This document shows, in pieces, positions 7,993 through 10,903 of a stretch of DNA of 10,903 bases. Source of the stretch: Nostoc sp. DedSLP01 (lineage in GTDB: Bacteria > Cyanobacteriota > Cyanobacteriia > Cyanobacteriales > Nostocaceae); assembly GCA_034530875.2 (NCBI GenBank), contig JAVRCJ020000081.1, positions 1 to 10,903 of the forward strand, read 5' to 3'. A program made the position numbers and the translations under genes. Each line of letters begins with the position of its first letter. Positions within the stretch are counted from its first letter, which is position 1. Below the pieces are notes generated by a model. It saw nothing but the letters and a program-made list of their open reading frames with translations. It searched no databases and was not told the DNA's origin.

Positions 7993-8260
7993 TGATTTAA
8001 TTAACTCTACTTCAAACTACTTCTTTACTATCAATCACTCAAACTGTTATTGCAATGATAAAAGTAATGATATTAGCCTCAAGATGTTGTGAAGAGAATG
8101 CTGCTAAGTTTGAAGCCGTAGTGAAGAGTTTAAATACAGTTAAAATTATGAAGTTTAATTAATTTGTAAGCAACAATTATAAAGAAAACAGATTCTTCCA
8201 CTTGTTTGGTACTAAATCTACTTAGTTATTTTAGTTTTTTATTGCCCCTACTGATTCGCG

Positions 8261-8284
8261 TTCGCCCTGGACGTTGGTGCAGTC
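8261..8284 (+). mobile_element. Degenerate copy of the 24-nt SDR-like element in a HIP1-like site (GCG^ATCAC)
   Basis: TTCGCCCTGGACGTTGGTGCAGTC matches 3498-3521 at 20 of 24 positions, with equivalent flanks. Confidence 0.75.
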
Positions 8285-8356
8285 ATCACATTTTAAATTT
8301 TGCCCATCAGCCTTAATATACACCTCTCTTTTTTTATCAATGCGTAAGTTCTAATA

Positions 8357-9477
8357 AGTAGGTCAACCTAATTAAACATAAAACGTTCAACTTGGTACTG
8401 ACCTTGCACGCCTCTATTTTCTATACTCTCAATAATAGCGATCGCTAATTCATATTCATCCTCAAAAACTCGGCCGGCAAGCTGATCGCGTTTGAGATGC
8501 AACCATTCGTCTTCAATGCGATTCATTTGTGGGCTATAAGGAGGTAGAAAAAAAATGTACAACCCTTGCTGTTGCCAACGTTGATGCTGCTGGCGAGCTA
8601 AAAGACTTTTATGAACAGAGGCATTATCGTGAATGATGACGGTAATTTGTCCAGTTAACAATAAGTGGTGTGCAGCAATTTGAGCAAGACACTCCATGAG
8701 TTGGACATAGGTTGGTGCTTTCAATGTTCCAAGCATCAAAGCGTAATCAAAGCTAACTTTCGGCTCCCAAATACCGAAGATGTCGATCCGCCTACCCCGT
8801 CGTCTATTTTGTCGAATACGTTTTTGCTCTCCCCTACGCCCATAAGTGTAATCAGTGGGACTAGTGCAGTAACAACCAGATTCATCCAAGTACTTTAAAC
8901 AAACCAATCCTAATTTTGCCCATAGCTTGAGTAATTCCCAATCTTGGCGTTTAGCTTTTAAATATCCTGCATTCAGATTTAAAGCCGGACAGTAGCGACT
9001 ACGTTTCCAATACCACCCCTTTTTTTGAGTAGTCGCCTGATTTGTTCGGCTCCTAGTTCGATTTGTCGTTCCTCAAATAGTTTTTGACTTAGCTGCCGAG
9101 CACTGTAACGACGATTTTGTTCCAAGCATTCTTCTACTACTTGCCAATCAACTTCATGCCAAGTTCTCTTTTTTCCACGTCCTGGCGCTTCCCACAAACC
9201 TCCTAACCCTTGAAATTGCCAGCGTTTTATTGTCTGTCTGACCGTTTGTTGTGCCCAACCTAAATACTTTGGAATCTGAGGTACATTCCATCCGTGGGCA
9301 TTGAGGCGCAAAGCGATCGCTCTAAGTTTGGTTCGATGTGGTACTTTATCTGCACAACTGAGTTCAAAAAGTGTCAGGTCTTCTTCAGTAGTTAGTATTA
9401 TTCTTAACGCACTAGGCATCATTTATCACTTAATTTATGCAATCTATCTATCTTACGTTTTTTTTGGTTGACCTACT
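8357..9477 (-). mobile_element. IS630-family insertion sequence, 1121 bp
   Basis: Perfect 12-bp TIR AGTAGGTCAACC (8357-8368 and 9466-9477), extending imperfectly to about 27 bp; flanking TA at 8355-8356 and 9478-9479. Confidence 0.92.
8368..9422 (-). CDS. IS630 transposase, expressed via -1 frameshift (HTH ORF A 9422-8979 plus DDE ORF B)
   Basis: A7 followed by GGGG at 9026-9016 (minus strand). The -1 frame is open as KGWYWKRSRYCP...KYLDESG. Catalytic motifs DESG, DNAS and YSPQMNRIE are present. Confidence 0.9.
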
Positions 9478-9513
9478 TAGTTGTAAAAACTTTAAAGTTA
9501 AACAATTTTCTCC

Positions 9514-9804
9514 ATGCGCTCGTTACTCTTTCAAAACTTAAAGCTGACTATTCATACAGCTTTATTATTTACGGTTCTTGGCTATATTCTAAGTCTATTT
9601 CTGAGTTTTCTTACCAATCCACAAGCAGCAAGATGGCAATTCCATCTAGAATTCGGGCCTGAACCCCGAAACCTTCATGAGCTTGCGATTTTTCAAGCTC
9701 AGGCAGCATTCGCAGGTACAACGCTCGGAATTCTAATAGCTCAAACAGCTTTTTTTGTATATGTAAGTAAATTTGGACTCAGCAATCGTAGCACTAAGCA
9801 GTAA
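9514..9804 (+). CDS. Small membrane protein, 96 aa, two predicted hydrophobic segments
   Basis: ATG start; hydrophobic stretches ALLFTVLGYILSLFLSFL and AAFAGTTLGILIAQTAFFVYV. Confidence 0.55.
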   Translation: MRSLLFQNLKLTIHTALLFTVLGYILSLFLSFLTNPQAARWQFHLEFGPEPRNLHELAIFQAQAAFAGTTLGILIAQTAFFVYVSKFGLSNRSTKQ

Positions 9805-9815
9805 TCGTAAGCGAT

Positions 9816-9843
9816 GTCACTCGAGAAGCCGCTTGCGCGTCTA
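9816..9843 (-). mobile_element. 28-nt SDR-like insertion splitting a HIP1 site
   Basis: Minus strand reads GCG^TAGACGCGCAAGCGGCTTCTCGAGTGAC^ATCGC and contains a CGC-GCAA-GCG hairpin. Confidence 0.6.
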
Positions 9844-9967
9844 CGCCATCTGCAACATCCGCAATTCAACACTCACGTTCCCCCTGCCGTTGCCATATAC
9901 TGTCTTGAGAACAGCGAATGCTACAGCAGGAACAGTGGTTGGATTGCTATTGGTAAAGCCAATGCAT

Positions 9968-10243
9968 TTATGGCGCTACTTTTTCTTTAAACTGTTTCCC
10001 AGCAGAAAACGCAGGCACTTTGGTCGCCGGAATTGTCATTGGCTCATTGGTTTTCGGATTACGCCCTTCACGTTCTGAGCGATCGCGCCGCTCGAATGAG
10101 CCAAACCCAACTAGCGTTACCTTATCCCCATTCGCTACAGCCTCGGTAACGACTTCTAAAAAAGCTGATATCACCTCCAATGCTTCCTTTTTTGTGATGT
10201 TGGTCTTTGCTGCTACAGCATCCACTAATTCACCTTTATTCAT
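9968..10243 (-). CDS. hup: HU family DNA-binding protein, 91 aa
   Basis: MNKGELVDAVA...VTLVGFGSFE...REGRNPKT...IPATKVPAFSAGK, the canonical HU signature. Confidence 0.97.
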   Translation of the reverse strand: MNKGELVDAVAAKTNITKKEALEVISAFLEVVTEAVANGDKVTLVGFGSFERRDRSEREGRNPKTNEPMTIPATKVPAFSAGKQFKEKVAP

Positions 10244-10870
10244 AAATTACTCCGAAGTATTACAAGTATTGGAAATCTAGCATCAGTAACTCTTGTTAGC
10301 AAAGGGGGAAAAGGAATCAAAATCAAAAATGTAATACTACTACAAATTCTTTTGAGTTTTATCAATTCCTGTACTCTTTGGCACAAAGGGCAAAAACATC
10401 GTTACGGCAGATATTAGTGCTTGGTTCTTTGTGGGTGCGGCGGCAGAGAATCGTGCTGGCCATGTCTAGTGGGGTAGTGTATACGGGCTTGAGGGGAAGC
10501 AGTGGAATTACCAGAGATGATGCGGGGGTTTCTCCACAATCAGTAATGCCAATTCTTTAAAATTCAATAGATCGAAAACTTTTGTAAGTTGACGAAATAA
10601 TCAGCGTTTCAACCGAGGTTTTGGGGCTGACGATCGCGAACGCTTGCACTCCACTCTTAACCCAATACACTTGGTGTTAAGGAAATTTATCTGTTTAGGC
10701 AGGCTGTTCTTGAGCAGGGGAAGCTCTTGAGGCAGGGGGAGAGAAAAAGGCTTATCTGAACCGTATTGACTCTTAACCCACCAACAACGATCGCTCCGCG
10801 ATCGAGACTTGTCTAAGCAAATTTTTGGCGTTGCTGAATCCAAGTATGAATCATGCGATCGCCTCAAGCT

Positions 10871-10891
10871 TGCGGGCGCGTAGCGCCCGCA
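10871..10891. other. GC-rich perfect hairpin with a GTA triloop
   Basis: TGCGGGCGC-GTA-GCGCCCGCA, a 9-bp stem starting 8 nt after the HIP1 at 10855-10862. Confidence 0.6.
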
Positions 10892-10903
10892 GCGCCACGG
10901 AAC

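Larger units (their letters stand above)
24..10862. repeat. HIP1 octamer GCGATCGC, 16 intact copies
   Basis: Starts at 24, 2021, 2038, 2617, 2642, 2936, 3308, 3780, 5201, 5945, 6098, 7808, 8438, 9313, 10079 and 10855 (counted by eye). Confidence 0.9.

Noticed and set aside
7841..8092. 83-aa plus-strand ORF
   Set aside because: Antisense to the more convincing RHH gene, with a TTG start.
8341..8353. TGCGTAAGTTCTA next to the IS630 end, reminiscent of a cyanobacterial MITE terminus
   Set aside because: No partner inverted repeat was found in the window, so it cannot be supported.
9773..10280. Plus-strand ORFs of 101 and 86 aa
   Set aside because: They overlap HU antisense, and the first also spans the SDR-like insertion; spurious.
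10378..10867. 60-aa and 88-aa ORFs upstream of HU
   Set aside because: No recognisable motifs or clear RBS and atypical composition; treated as probably non-coding.

Overview
Cyanobacterial DNA, probably Nostocales: 16 perfect HIP1 GCGATCGC sites in 10.9 kb. It looks like a decayed plasmid or plasmid-derived island. Coding content: an Rpn-like PD-(D/E)XK protein with an internal SD+ATG (RpnL/RpnS-type architecture), three hypothetical genes, a CyRepA1/DUF3854 primase-helicase replicase that is truncated at both ends and interrupted, a Gly-rich RTX-like repeat protein, a truncated ORF, a 53-aa CopG/RHH gene missed by the ORF track, a small membrane protein and HU. Mobile elements: an orphan IS200/IS605 tnpB 3' tail with its right end, and an apparently intact IS630 (TIRs, TA duplication, -1 frameshift). 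The most striking non-gene signal is a family of 21-28 nt insertions resembling the small dispersed repeats (SDRs) described in Nostoc. They sit precisely at GCG^ATCGC (HIP1) or GCG^AAGC with no target duplication and share a covarying twin mini-hairpin fold with GNA triloops. One copy is nested in another, one introduces the stop that splits the replicase, and one sits in the loop of the IS605 right-end hairpin.
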